A stretch of DNA of 64,000 bases from Eledone cirrhosa. Lineage: Eukaryota. The stretch covers positions 83,266,001 through 83,330,000 of the forward strand of contig OZ024746.1 in assembly GCA_964016885.1 (NCBI GenBank), written 5' to 3'. Below are positions 50,401 through 64,000 of this stretch, piece by piece (the first letter of the stretch is position 1; each line of letters opens with the position of its first letter). Position numbers and translations under genes: made by a program. The notes beneath the pieces were generated by a model. It had not been told where the DNA came from, searched no databases, and saw nothing but the letters and a program-made list of their open reading frames with translations.

Positions 50401-53400
50401 TTTGGGTGCCCCGTTTTATATTTGGGTGCCCCGTTTTTTTATGGGGGGGGGGGTCCGTTTTTTATCTGGGTACCCCGTTTTTTATTTGGGTGCCCCGTTT
50501 TTTTATAGGGGGGGTCCGTTTTTTATTTGGGTGCCCCGTTTTTTATTTGGGTACCCCGTTTTTTTATGGGGGGGTCCGTTTTTTATTTGGGTGCCCCGCT
50601 TTTTATGGGGGGGGTCCGTTTTTTATTTGGGTGCCCCGTTTTTTTATGGGGGGGTCCCGTTTTTTATTTGGGTGCCCCGTTTTTTTATGGGGGGGGGTCC
50701 GTTTTTTATTTGGGTGCCCCGTTTTTTTTATGGGGGGGGGTCCGTTTTTTATTTGGGTACCCCGTTTTTTATTTGGGTGCCCCGTTTTTTTATGGGGGGG
50801 TCCGTTTTTTATTTGGGTGCCCCGTTTTTTTATGGGGGGGGTCCGTTTTTTATTTGGGTGCCCCGTTTTTTTATGGGGGGGTCCCGTTTTTTATTTGGGT
50901 GCCCCGTTTTTTTATGGGGGGGGGGTCCGTTTTTTATTTGGGTGCCCCGTTTTTTTTATGGGGGGGGGTCCGTTTTTTATTTGGGTACCCCGTTTTTTAT
51001 TTGGGTGCCCCGTTTTTTTATGGGGGGGGTCCGTTTTTTATTTGGGTGCCCCGTTTTTTTATGGGGGGGTCCGTTTTTTATTTGGGTGCCCCGTTTTTTT
51101 ATGGGGGGGTCCCGTTTTTTATTTGGGTGCCCCGTTTTTTTATGGGGGGGGTCCGTTTTTTATTTGGGTACCCCGTTTTTTATTTGGGTGCCCCGTTTTT
51201 TTACGGGGGGGTCCGTTTTTTATTTGGGTGCCCCGTTTTTTTATGGGGGGGGTCCGTTTTTTATTTGGGTGCCCCGTTTTTTTATGGGGGGTCCCGTTAT
51301 TTATTTGGGTGCCCCGTTTTTTTATGGGGGGGTCCGTTTTTTATTTGGGTACCCCGTTTTTTATTTGGGTGCCCCGTTTTTTTATGGGGGGGGGTCCGTT
51401 TTTTATTTGGGTACCCCGTTTTTTATTTGGGTGCCCCGTTTTTTTATGGGGGGGTCCGTTTTTTATTTGGGTGCCCCGTTTTTTTATGGGGGGGGTCCGT
51501 TTTTTATTTGGGTGCCCCGTTTTTTTATGGGGGGGTCCCGTTTTTTATTTGGGTGCCCCGTTTTTTTATGGGGGGGGGTCCGTTTTTATTTGGGTACCCC
51601 GTTTTTTATTTGGGTGCCCCGTTTTTTTATGGGGGGGTCCGTTTTTTATTTGGGTGCCCCGTTTTTTATTTGGGTGCCCCGTTTTTTTATGGGGGGGATC
51701 CGTTTTTTATTTGGGTGCCCCGTTTTTTTATGGGGGGGGGTCCGTTTTTTATCTGGGTACCCCGTTTTTTATTTGGGTACCCCGTTTTTTATTTGGGTGC
51801 CCCGTTTTTTTATGGGGGGGGTCCGTTTTTTATTTGGGTGCCCCGTTTTTTTTATGGGGGGGTCCGTTTTTTATTTGGGTGCCCCGTTTTTTATTTGGGT
51901 ACCCCGTTTTTTATTTGGGTGCCCCGTTTTTTATTTGGGTGCCCCGTTTTTTTATGGGGGTGTCCGTTTTTTATTTGGGTGCCCCGTTTTTTATTTGGGT
52001 ACCCCGTTTTTTATTTGGGTGCCCCGTTTTTTTTATGGGGGGGGGTCCGTTTTTTATTTGGGTACCCCGTTTTTTATTTGGGTGCCCCGTTTTTTTATGG
52101 GGGGGTCCGTTTTTTATTTGGGTGCCCCGTTTTTTTATGGGGGGGGTCCGTTTTTTATTTGGGTGCCCCGTTTTTTTATGGGGGGGTCCCGTTTTTTATT
52201 TGGGTGCCCCGTTTTTTTATGGGGGGGGGGTCCGTTTTTTATTTGGGTACCCCGTTTTTTATTTGGGTGCCCCGTTTTTTTATGGGGGGGTCCGTTTTTT
52301 ATTTGGGTGCCCCGTTTTTTTATGGGGGGGGCCGTTTTTTATTTGGGTGCCCCGTTTTTTTATGGGGGGGTCCCGTTTTTTATTTCGGTGCCCCGTTTTT
52401 TTATGGGGGGGGGTCCGTTTTTTATTTGGGTACCCCGTTTTTTATTTGGGTGCCCCGTTTTTTTATGGGGGGGGTCCGTTTTTTATTTGGGTGCCCCGTT
52501 TTTTTATGGGGGGGTCCCGTTTTTTATTTGGGTGCCCCGTTTTTTTATGGGGGGGGGTCCGTTTTTTATTTGGGTACCCCGTTTTTTATTTGGGTGCCCC
52601 GTTTTTTTATGGAGGGGGTCCGTTTTTTATTTGGGTGCCCCGTTTTTTATTTGGGTACCCCGTTTTTTATTTGGGTGCCCCGTTTTTTTATGGGGGGGTC
52701 CGTTTTTTATTTGGGTGCCCCGTTTTTTTATGGGGGGGGCCGTTTTTTATTTGGGTACCCCGTTTTTTATTTGGGTGCCCCGTTTTTTTATGGGGGGGGG
52801 TCCGTTTTTTATTTGGGTGCCCCGTTTTTTTATGGGGTGCCCCGTTTTTTATTTGGGTGCCCCGTTTTTTTATGGGGGGGACCGTTTTTTATCTGGGTAC
52901 CCCGTTTTTTATTTGGGTACCCCGTTTTTTATTTGGGTGCCCCGTTTTTTTATGGGGGGGGTCCGTTTTTTATTTGGGTGCCCCGTTTTTTTTATGGGGG
53001 GGTCCGTTTTTTATTTGGGTACCCCGTTTTTTATTTGGGTGCCCCGTTTTTTTATGGGGGGGGGGTCCGTTTTTTTTTTGGGTGCCCCGTTTTTTTATGG
53101 GGGGGTCCCGTTTTTTATTTGGGTGCCCCGTTTTTTTATGGGGGGGGGTCCGTTTTTTATTTGGGTGCCCCGTTTTTTTTATGGGGGGGTCCGTTTTTTA
53201 TTTGGGTACCCCGTTTTTTTATGGGGGGTCCCGTTTCTTATTTGGGTGCCCCGTTTTTTTATGGGGGGGTCCGTTTTTTATTTGGGTACCCCGTTTTTTA
53301 TTTGGGTGCCCCGTTTTTTTATGGGGGGGGTCCGTTTTTTATTTGGGTGCCCCGTTTTTTTATGGGGGGGTACGTTTTTTATTTGGGTGCCCCGTTTTTT

Positions 53401-56400
53401 ATTTGGGTGCCCCGTTTTTTTATGGGGGGTCCGTTTTTTATTTGGGTGCCCCGTTTTTTTATGGGGGGGGTCCGTTTTTTATTTGGGTGCCCCGTTTTTT
53501 ATTTGGGTGCCCCGTTTTTTTATGGGGGGGATCCGTTTTTTATTTGGGTGCCCCGTTTTTTATTTGGGTGCCCCGTTTTTTTATGGGGGGTCCGTTTTTT
53601 ATTTGGGTGCCCCGTTTTTTTATGGGGGGGGTCCGTTTTTTATTTGGGTGCCCCGTTTTTTATTTGGGTGCCCCGTTTTTTTATGGGGGGGATCCGTTTT
53701 TTATTTGGGTGCCCCGTTTTATATTTGGGTGCCCCGTTTTTTATTTGGGTGCCCCGTTTTTTTATGGGGGGGGTCCGTTTTTTATTTGGGTACCCCGTTT
53801 TTTATTTGGGTGCCCCGTTTTTTTATGGGGGGGGGTCCGTTTTTTATTTGGGTGCACCGTTTTTTTATGGGGGGTCCCGTTTTTTATTTGGGTGCCCCGT
53901 TTTTTTATGGGGGGGGTCCGTTTTTTATTTGGGTGCCCCGTTTTTTTATGGGGGGGGTCCGTTTTTTATTTGGGTACCCCGTTTTTTATTTGGGTGCCCC
54001 GTTTTTTTATGGGGGGGGTCCGTTTTTTATTTGGGTGCCCCGTTTTTTTATGGGGGGGGGTCCGTTTTTTATTTGGGTACCCCGTTTTTTATTTGGGTGC
54101 CCCGTTTTTTTATGGGGGGGGGGTCCGTTTTTTATTCGGGTGCCCCGTTTTTTTATGGGGGGGTCCCGTTTTTTATTTGGGTGCCCCGTTTTTTTATGGG
54201 GGGGGTCCGTTTTTTATTTGGGTGCCCCGTTTTTTTTATGGGGGGGGTCCGTTTTTTATTTGGGTACCCCGTTTTTTATTTGGGTGCCCCGTTTTTTTAT
54301 GGGGGGGGTCCGTTTTTTATTTGGGTGCCCCGTTTTTTTATGGGGGGGTGCGTTTTTTATTTGGGTGCCCCGTTTTTTTATGGGGGGGTCCCGTTTTTTA
54401 TTTGGGTGCCCCGTTATTTTATGGGGGGGTCCGTTTTTTATTTGGGTACCCCGTTTTTTATTTGGGTGCCCCGTTTTTTTATGGGGGGGGGTCCGTTTTT
54501 TATTTGGGTACCCCGTTTTTTATTTGGGTGCCCCGTTTTTTTATGGGGGGGTCCCGTTTTTTATTTGGGTGCCCCGTTTTTTATGGGGGGGTCCGTTTTT
54601 TATTTGGGTACCCCGTTTTTTATTTGGGTGCCCCGTTTTTTTATGGGGGGGGTCCGTTTTTTATTTGGGTGCCCCGTTTTTTTATGGGGGGGTCCGTTTT
54701 TTATTTGGGTGCCCCGTTTTTTTATGGGGGGGTCCCGTTTTTTATTTGGGTGCCCCGTTTTTTTATGGGGGGGGTCCGTTTTTTATTTGGGTACCCCGTT
54801 TTTCATTTGGGTGCCCCGTTTTTTTATGGGGGGGTCCGTTTTTTATTTGGGTGCCCCGTTTTTTTATGGGGGGGGTCCGTTTTTTATTTGGGTACCCCGT
54901 TTTTTATTTGGGTGCCCCGTTTTTTTATGGGGGGGGGTCCGTTTTTTATTTGGGTGCCCCGTTTTTTTATGGGGGGTCCCGTTTTTTATTTGGGTGCCCC
55001 GTTTTTTTATGGGGGGGGTCCGTTTTTTATTTGGGTACCCCGTTTTTTATTTGGGTGCCCCGTTTTTTTATGGGGGGGGTCCGTTTTTTATTTGGGTGCC
55101 CCGTTTTTTTATGGGGGGGTCCGTTTTTTATTTGGGTGCCCCGTTTTTTTATGGGGGGGTCCGTTTTTTATTTGGGTGCCCCGTTTTTTATTTGGGTGCC
55201 CCGTTTTTTTATGGGGGGTCCGTTTTTTATTTGGGTGCCCCGTTTTTTTATGGGGGGGGGTCCGTTTTTTATTTGGGTGCCCCGTTTTTTATTTGGGTGC
55301 CCCGTTTTTTTATGGGGGGGATCCGTTTTTTATTTGGGTGCCCCGTTTTATATTTGGGTGCCCCGTTTTTTATTTGGGTGCCCCGTTTTTTTATGGGGGG
55401 GGGTCCGTTTTTTATCTGGGTACCCCGTTTTTTATTTGGGTGCCCCGTTTTTTTATGGGGGGGGGTCCGTTTTTTATTTGGGTGCCCCGTTTTTTATTTG
55501 GGTACCCCGTTTTTTTATAGGGGGGTCCGTTTTTTATTTGGGTGCCCCGTTTTTTTATGGGGGGGGTCCCTTTTTTATTTGGGTGCCCCGTTTTTTTATG
55601 GGGGGGTCCCGTTTTTTATTTGGGTGCCCCGTTTTTTTGTGGGGGGGTCCGTTTTTTATTTGGGTGCCCCGTTTTTTCATGGGGGGGGGTCCGTTTTTTA
55701 TTTGGGTACCCCGTTTTTTATTTGGGTGCCCCGTTTTTTTATGGGGGGGGTCCGTTTTTTATTTGGGTGCCCCGTTTTTTTATGGGGGGGTCCGTTTTTT
55801 ATTTGGGTGCCCCGTTTTTTTATGGGGGGGTCCCGTTTTTTATTTGGGTGCCCCGTTTTTTTATGGGGGGGGGTCCGTTTTTTATTTGGGTACCCCGTTT
55901 TTTATTTGGGTGCCCCGTTTTTTTATGGGGGGGTCCGTTTTTTATTTGGGTGCCCCGTTTTTTTATGGGGGGGGTCCGTTTTTTATTTGGGTGCCCCGTT
56001 TTTTTATGGGGGGGTCCCGTTTTTTATTTGGGTGCCCCGTTTTTTTTATGGGGGGGTCCGTTTTTTATTTGGGTACCCCGTTTTTTATTTGGGTGCCCCG
56101 TTTTTTTATGGGGGGGGTTCGTTTTTTATTTGGGTACCCCGTTTTTTATTTGGGTGCCCCGTTTTTTTATGGGGGGGTACCGTTTTTTATTTGGGTGCCC
56201 CGTTTTTTATGGGGGGGTCCGTTTTTTATTTGGGTACCCCGTTTTTTATTTGGGGGGGTCCCGTTTTTTATTTGGGTGCCCCGTTTTTTTATGGGGGGGG
56301 TCCGTTTTTTATTTGGGTGCCCCGTTTTTTTTATGGGGGGGGGTCCGTTTTTTATTTGGGTACCCCGTTTTTTATTTGGGTGCCCCGTTTTTTTATGGGG

Positions 56401-59400
56401 GGGGTCCGTTTTTTATTTGGGTGCCCCGTTTTTTTATGGGGGGGGTCCGTTTTTTATTTGGGTGCCCCGTTTTTTTATGGGGGGGTCCCGTTTTTTATTT
56501 GGGTGCCCCGTTTTTTTATGGGGGGGGTCCGTTTTTTATTTGGGTACCCCGTTTTTTATTTGGGTGCCCCGTTTTTTTATGGGGGGGTCCGTTTTTTATT
56601 TGGGTGCCCCGTTTTTTTATGGGGGGGGTCCGTTTTTTAATTGGGTGCCCCGTTTTTTTATGGGGGGTCCCGTTTTTTATTTGGGTGCCCCGTTTTTTTA
56701 TGGGGGGGGTCCGTTTTTTATTTGGGTACCCCGTTTTTTATTTGGGTGCCCCGTTTTTTTATGGGGGGGTCCGTTTTTTATTTGGGTGCCCCGTTTTTTT
56801 ATGGGGGGGGTCCGTTTTTTATTTGGGTGCCCCGTTTTTTTATGGGGGGTCCCGTTTTTTATTTGGGTGCCCCGTTTTTTTTATGGGGGGGTCCGTTTTT
56901 TATTTGGGTACCCCGTTTTTTATTTGGGTGACCCGTTTTTTTATGGGGGGGGGTCCGTTTTTTATTTGGGTACCCCGTTTTTTATTTGGGTGCCCCGTTT
57001 TTTTATGGGGGGGGTCCGTTTTTTATTTGGGTGCCCCGTTTTTTTATGGGGGGGTGCGTTTTTTATTTGGGTGCCCCGTTTTTTTATGGGGGGGTCCGTT
57101 TTTTATTTGGGTGCCCCGTTTTTTTATGGGGGGGTCCGTTTTTTATTTGGGTGCCCCGTTTTTTATTTGGGTGCCCCGTTTTTTTTATGGGGGGTCCGTT
57201 TTTTATTTGGGTGCCCCGTTTTTTTTATGGGGGGGGTCCGTTTTTTATTTGGGTGCCCCGTTTTTTATTTGGGTGCCCCGTTTTTTTATGGGGGGGATCC
57301 GTTTTTTATTTGGGTGCCCCGTTTTATATTTGGGTGCCCCGTTTTTTATTTGGGTGCCCCGTTTTTTTATGGGGGGGGGTCCGTTTTTTATCTGGGTACC
57401 CCGTTTTTTATTTGGGTGCCCCGTTTTTTTATGGGGGGGGGGTCCGTTTTTTATTTGGGTGCCCCGTTTTTTATTTGGGTACCCCGTTTTTTATAGGGGG
57501 GTCCGTTTTTTATTTGGGTGCCCCGTTTTTTTATGGGGGGGGTCCCTTTTTTATTTGGGTGCCCCGTTTTTTTATGGGGGGGTCCCGTTTTTTATTTGGG
57601 TGCCCCGTTTTTTTATGGGGGGGGGGGTCCGTTTTTTATTTGGGTACCCCGTTTTTTATTTGGGTGCCCCGTTTTTTTGTGGGGGGGGTCCGTTTTTTAT
57701 TTGGGTGCCCCGTTTTTTCATGGGGGGGGGTCCGTTTTTTATTTGGGTACCCCGTTTTTTATTTGGGTGCCCCGTTTTTTTATGGGGGGGGTCCGTTTTT
57801 TATTTGGGTGCACCGTTTTTTTATGGGGGGTCCCGTTTTTTATTTGGGTGCCCCGTTTTTTTATGGGGGGGGTCCGTTTTTTATTTGGGTACCCCGTTTT
57901 TTATTTGGGTGCCCCGTTTTTTTATGGGGGGGGTCCGTTTTTTATTTGGGTGCCCCGTTTTTTTATGGGGGGGTCCGTTTTTTATTTGGGTGCCCCGTTT
58001 TTTTATGGGGGGTCCCGTTTTTTATTTGGGTGCCCCGTTTTTTTATGGGGGGGGTCCGTTTTTTATTTGGGTACCCCGTTTTTTATTTGGGTGCCCCGTT
58101 TTTTTATGGGGGGGGTCCGTTTTTTATTTGGGTGCCCCGTTTTTTTATGGGGGGGTCCGTTTTTTATTTGGGTGCCCCGTTTTTTTATGGGGGGGTCCCG
58201 TTTTTTATTTGGGTGCCCCGTTTTTTATTTGGGTGCCCCGTTTTTTTATGGGGGGGGGTCCGTTTTTTATTTGGGTACCCCGTTTTTTATTTGGGTGCCC
58301 CGTTTTTTTATGGGGGGGTCCCGTTTTTTATTTGGGTGCCCCGTTTTTTATGGGGGGGTCCGTTTTTTATTTGGGTACCCCGTTTTTTATTTGGGTGCCC
58401 CGTTTTTTTATGGGGGGGGTACGTTTTTTATTTGGGTGCCCCGTTTTTTTATGGGGGGGGTCCGTTTTTTATTTGGGTACCCCGTTTTTTATTTGGGTGC
58501 CCCGTTTTTTTATGGGGGGGGTCCGTTTTTTATTTGGGTGCCCCGTTTTTTTATGGGGGGTCCCGTTTTTTATTTGGGTGCCCCGTTTTTTTATGGGGGG
58601 GTCCGTTTTTTATTTGGGTGCCCCGTTTTTTTATGGGGGGGTCCCGTTTTTTATTTGGGTGCCCCGTTTTTTTATGGGGGGGGGTCCGTTTTTTATTTGG
58701 GTACCCCGTTTTTTATTTGGGTGCCCCGTTTTTTTATGGGGGGGTACGTTTTTTATTTGGGTGCCCCGTTTTTTTATGGGGGGGCGTCCGTTTTTTTATG
58801 GGGGGGGTCCGTTTTTTATTTGGGTGCCCCGTTTTTTTATGGGGGGGGTCCGTTTTTTATTTGGGTGCCCCGTTTTTTTATGGGGGGGTCCCGTTTTTTA
58901 TTTGGGTGCCCCGTTTTTTTATGGGGGGGGGTCCGTTTTTTATTTGGGTGCCCCGTTTTTTTTATGGGGGGGGTCCGTTTTCTATTTGGGTACCCCGTTT
59001 TTTTATGGGGGGGATCCGTTTTTTATTTGGGTGCCCCGTTTTATATTTGGGTGCCCCGTTTTTTATTTGGGTGCCCCGTTTTTTTATGGGGGGGACCGTT
59101 TTTTATCTGGGTACCCCTTTTTTTATTTGGGTACCCCGTTTTTTTATGGGGGGGTCCGTTTTTTATTTGGGTGCCCCGTTTTTTTATGGGGGGGGTCCGT
59201 TTTTTATTTGGGTGCCCCGTTTTTTTATGGGGGGGTCCCGTTTTTTATTTGGGTGCCCCTTTTTTTTATGGGGGGGTCCGTTTTTTATTTGGGTACCCCG
59301 TGTTTTATTTGGGTGCCCCGTTTTTTTATGGGGGGGGTCCGTTTTTTATTTGGGTGCCCCGTTTTTTTATGGGGGGGGTCCGTTTTTTATTTGGGTACCC

Positions 59401-62400
59401 CGTTTTTTATTTGGGTGCCCCGTTTTTTTATGGGGGGGTCCGTTTTTTATTTGGGTGCCCCGTTTTTTTATGGGGGGGGTCCGTTTTTTATTTGGGTGCC
59501 CCGTTTTTTTATGGGGGGGTCCCGTTTTTTATTTGGGTGCCCCTTTTTTTTATGGGGGGGTCCGTTTTTTATTTGGGTACCCCGTGTTTTATTTGGGTGC
59601 CCCGTTTTTTTATGGGGGGGGTCCGTTTTTTATTTGGGTGCCCCGTTTTTTTATGGGGGGGTCCGTTTTTTATTTGGGTGCCCCGTTTTTTTATGGGGGG
59701 GGTCCGTTTTTTATTTGGGTGCCCCGTTTTTTTATGGGGGGGGTCCGTTTTTTATTTGGGTGCCCCGTTTTTTTATGGGGGGGTCCCGTTTTTTATTTGG
59801 GTGCCCCGTTTTTTTATGGGGAGGGTCCGTTTTTTATTTGGGTACCCCGTTTTTTATTTGGATGCCCCGTTTTTTTATGGGGGGGGTCCGTTTTTTATTT
59901 GGGTACCCCGTTTTTTATTTGGGTGCCCCGTTTTTTTATGGGGGGGTCCCGTTTTTTATTTGGGTGCCCCGTTTTTTTTATGGGGGGGGTCCGTTTTTTA
60001 TTTGGGTACCCCGTTTTTTATTTGGGTGCCCCGTTTTTTTATGGGGGGGTCCGTTTTTTATTTGGGGGCCCCGTTTTTTTATGGGGGGGGTCCGTTTTTT
60101 ATTTGGGTACCCCGTTTTTTTATGGGGGGGGTCCGTTTTTTATTTGGGTGCCCCGTTTTTTTATGGGGGGGGTCCGTTTTTTATTTGGGTGCTCCGTTTT
60201 TTTATGGGGGGGTCCCGTTTTTTATTTGGGTGCCCCGTTTTTTTATGGGGGGGTCCGTTTTTTATTTGGGTACCCCGTTTTTTATTTGGGTGCCCCGTTT
60301 TTTTATGGGGGGGGTCCGTTTTTTATTTGGGTGCCCCGTTTTTTTATGGGGGGGTCCGTTTTTTATTTGGATGCCCCGTTTTTTTATGGGGGGGTCCCGT
60401 TTTTTATTTGGGTGCCCCGTTTTTTTTATGGGGGGGTCCGTTTTTTATTTGGGTACCCCGTTTTTTATTTGGGTGCCCCGTTTTTTTATGGGGGGGTACG
60501 TTTTTTATTTGGGTGCCCCGTTTTTTTATGGGGGGGTCCGTTTTTTTATGGGGGGGGTCCGTTTTTTATTTGGGTGCCCCGTTTTTTTATGGGGGGGGTC
60601 CGTTTTTTATTTGGGTGCCCCGTTTTTTTATGGGGGGGTCCCGTTTTTTATTTGGGTGCCCCGTTTTTTTATGGGGGGGGGTCCGTTTTTTATTTGGGTG
60701 CCCCGTTTTTTTTATGGGGGGGGTCCGTTTTCTATTTGGGTACCCCGTTTTTTATTTGGGTGCCCCGTTTTTTTATGGGGGGGTCCGTTTTTTATTTGGG
60801 TGCCCCGTTTTTTTATGGGGGGGTCCGTTTTTTATTTGGGTGCCCCTTTTTTTTATGGGGGGGGGTCCGTTTTTTATTTGGGTGCCCCGTTTTTTTATGG
60901 GGGGGGGTCCGTTTTTTATTTGGGTACCCCGTTTTTTATTTGGGTGCCCCGTTTTTTTATGGGGGGGTCCCGTTTTTTATTTGGGTGCCCCGTTTTTTTA
61001 TGGGGGGGGTCCGTTTTTTATTTGGGTGCCCCGTTTTTTTTATGGGGGGGGGTCCGTTTTCTATTTGGGTACCCCGTTTTTTATTTGGGTGCCCCGTTTT
61101 TTTATGGGGGGGTCCGTTTTTTATTTGGGTGCCCCGTTTTCTTATGGGGGGGTCCGTTTTTTATTTGGGTACCCCGTTTTTTATTTGGGTGCCCCGTTTT
61201 TTTATGGGGGGGGTCCGTTTTTTATTTGGGTGCCCCTTTTTTTTATGGGGGGGGTCCGTTTTTTATTTGGGTGCCCCGTTTTTTTATGGGGGGGTCCCGT
61301 TTTTTATTTGGGTGCCCCTTTTTTTTATGGGGGGGGTCCGTTTTTTATTTGGGTGCCCCGTTTTTTTATGGGGGGGGGGTCCGTTTTTTATTTGGGTACC
61401 CCGTTTTTTATTTGGGTGCCCCGTTTTTTTATGGGGGGGGTCCGTTTTTTATTTGGGTACCCCGTTTTTTATTTGGGTGCCCCGTTTTTTTATGGGGGGG
61501 GGTACGTTTTTTATTTGGGTGCCCCGTTTTTTTATGGGGGGGTCCGTTTTTTATTTGGGTGCCCCGTTTTTTTATGGGGGGGTCCGTTTTTTATTTGGGT
61601 GCCCCGTTTTTTTTATGGGGGGGGTCCGTTTTTTATTTGGGTGCCCCGTTTTTTTATGGGGGGGGGTCCGTTTTTTATTTGGGTGCCCCCTTTTTTTATG
61701 GGGGGGGGGTCAGTTTTTTATTTGGGTACCCCGTTTTTTATTTGGGTGCCCCGTTTTTTTATGGGGGGGTCCGTTTTTTATGGGGGGTCCCGTTTTTTAT
61801 TTGGGTGCCCCTTTTTTTATGGGGGGGGTCCGTTTTTTATTTGGGTACCCCGTTTTTTATTTGGGTGCCCCGTTTTTTTATGGGGGGGTCCGTTTTTTAT
61901 TTGGGTGCCCCGTTTTTTTATGGGGGGGGTCCGTTTTTTATTTGGGTGCCCCGTTTTTTTATGGGGGGGTCCCGTTTTTTATTTGGGTGCCCCGTTTTTT
62001 TATGGGGGGGGTCCGTTTTTTATTTGGGTACCCCGTTTTTTATTTGGGTGCCCCGTTTTTTTATGGGGGGGTCCGTTTTTTATTTGGGTGCCCCGTTTTT
62101 TTATGGGGGGGGTCCGTTTTTTATTTGGGTACCCCGTTTTTTTATGGGGGGGTCCGTTTTTTATTTGGGTGCCCCGTTTTTTTATGGGGGGGGTCCGTTT
62201 TTTATTTGGGTACCCAGTTTTTTATTTGGGTGCCCCGTTTTTTTATGGGGGGGTCCGTTTTTTATTTGGGTGCCCCGTTTTTTTATGGGGGGGGTCAGTT
62301 ATTTTATTTATTTGGGTACCCCGTTTTTTATTTGGGTGCCCCGTTTTTTTATGGGGGGGTCCGTTTTTTATTTGGGTACCCCGTTTTTTTATGGGGGGGG

Positions 62401-64000
62401 TCCGTTTTTTATTTGGGTGCCCCGTTTTTTTATGGGGGGGGTCCGTTTTTTATTTGGGTGCCCCGTTTTTTTTATGGGGGGGTCCCGTTTTTTATTTGGG
62501 TGCCCCGTTTTTTTATGGGGGGGTCCGTTTTTTATTTGGGTACCCCGTTTTTTATTTGGGTGCCCCGTTTTTTTATGGGGGGGGTCCGTTTTTTATTTGG
62601 GTGCCCCGTTTTTTTTATGGGGGGGGTCCGTTTTTTATTTGGGTGCCCCGTTTTTTTTATGGGGGGGGTCCGTTTTTTATTTGGGTACCCCGTTTTTTAT
62701 TTGGGTGCCCCGTTTTTTTATGGGGGGGGTCCGTTTTTTATTTGGGTGCCCCGTTTTTTTATGGGGGGGTCCGTTTTTTATTTGGGTGCCCCGTTTTTTT
62801 ATGGGGGGGTCCCGTTTTTTATTTGGGTGCCCCTTTTTTTTATGGGGGGGGTCCGTTTTTTATTTGGGTACCCCGTTTTTTATTTGGGTGCCCCGTTTTT
62901 TTATGGGGGGGTCCGTTTTTTATTTGGGTGCCCCGTTTTTTTTATGGGGGAGTCCGTTTTTTGGGTGCCCCGTTTTTTTATGGGGGGGTCCCGTTTTTTA
63001 TTTGGGTGCCCCGTTTTTTTATGGGGGGGGTCCGTTTTTTATTTGGGTACCCCGTTTTTTATTTGGGTGCCCCGTTTTTTTATGGGGGGGTCCGTTTTTT
63101 ATTTGGGGGCCCCGTTTTTTTATGGGGGGGGTCCGTTTTTTATTTGGGTACCCCGTTTTTTTATGGGGGGGGTCCGTTTTTTATTTGGGTGCCCCGTTTT
63201 TTTATGGGGGGGGTCCGTTTTTTATTTGGGTGCTCCGTTTTTTTATGGGGGGGTCCCGTTTTTTATTTGGGTGCCCCGTTTTTTTATGGGGGGGGTCCGT
63301 TTTTTATTTGGGTACCCCGTTTTTTATTTTGGGTGCCCCGTTTTTTTTATGGGGGGGGTCCGTTTTTTATTTGGGTGCCCCGTTTTTTTATGGGGGGGTC
63401 CGTTTTTTATTTGGATGCCCCGTTTTTTTATGGGGGGGTCCCGTTTTTTATTTGGGTGCCCCGTTTTTTTTATGGGGGGGGTCCGTTTTTTATTTGGGTA
63501 CCCCGTTTTTTATTTGGGTGCCCCGTTTTTTTATGGGGGGGTACGTTTTTTATTTGGGTGCCCCGTTTTTTTATGGGGGGGTCCGTTTTTTTATGGGGGG
63601 GGTCCGTTTTTTATTTGGGTGCCCCGTTTTTTTTATGGGGGGGGGTCCGTTTTTTATTTGGGTGCCCCGTTTTTTTATGGGGGGGTCCCGTTTTTTATTT
63701 GGGTGCCCCGTTTTTTTTATGGGGGGGGGTCCGTTTTTTATTTGGGTGCCCCGTTTTTTTTATGGGGGGGGGTCCGTTTTCTATTTGGGTACCCCGTTTT
63801 TTATTTGGGTGCCCCGTTTTTTTTATGGGGGGGTCCGTTTTTTATTTGGGTGCCCCGTTTTTTTATGGGGGGGTCCGTTTTTTATTTGGGTGCCCCTTTT
63901 TTTTATGGGGGGGGTCCGTTTTTTATTTGGGTGCCCCGTTTTTTTATGGGGGGGGTCCGTTTTTTATTTGGGTACCCCGTTTTTTATTTGGGTGCCCCGT
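32427..64000. repeat. >31-kb G/T-rich satellite of two ~20-bp monomer types with layered higher-order repeats
   Basis: Monomers T6ATTTGGGT(G/A)CCCCG and T7ATG6-10TCCG in one orientation throughout. Runs off the right edge. Confidence 0.99.

Noticed and set aside
32439-57496. ORFs of up to 3485 aa (FFIWVPRFFMGG...)
   Set aside because: The satellite + strand almost lacks stop codons. All three frames are open and switch with homopolymer length.

Overview
Repeat-rich, gene-free eukaryotic DNA. The microsatellite density and SINE types suggest an octopus/coleoid genome, which is my inference from recalled sequence. No host gene is supportable. The left half (1-32.4 kb) is a mosaic of (TA)n/(TG)n/(TAGA)n microsatellites, several minisatellites and transposable elements. 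It contains an apparently intact Tx1/L1-clade LINE (minus strand, ~14784-20573; ORF1 with CCHC knuckle, ORF2 APE-RT-zinc finger) inserted in (TAGA)n, and the empty paralogous site lies in a local duplication ~1.7 kb away. It also holds a diverged ORF1-only relative abutting (TAGA)n, a mariner relic, a non-autonomous Helitron, tRNA-derived SINEs and LINE relics. A set of short elements in (TA)n tracts carries hammerhead-ribozyme motifs; several are fold-backs, and one lies behind a Penelope-like C-terminal coding remnant. The right half (32.4-64 kb) is one G/T-rich ~20-bp satellite with layered higher-order repeats, and its long ORFs are artefacts. All structures were paired by eye; no searches were run.
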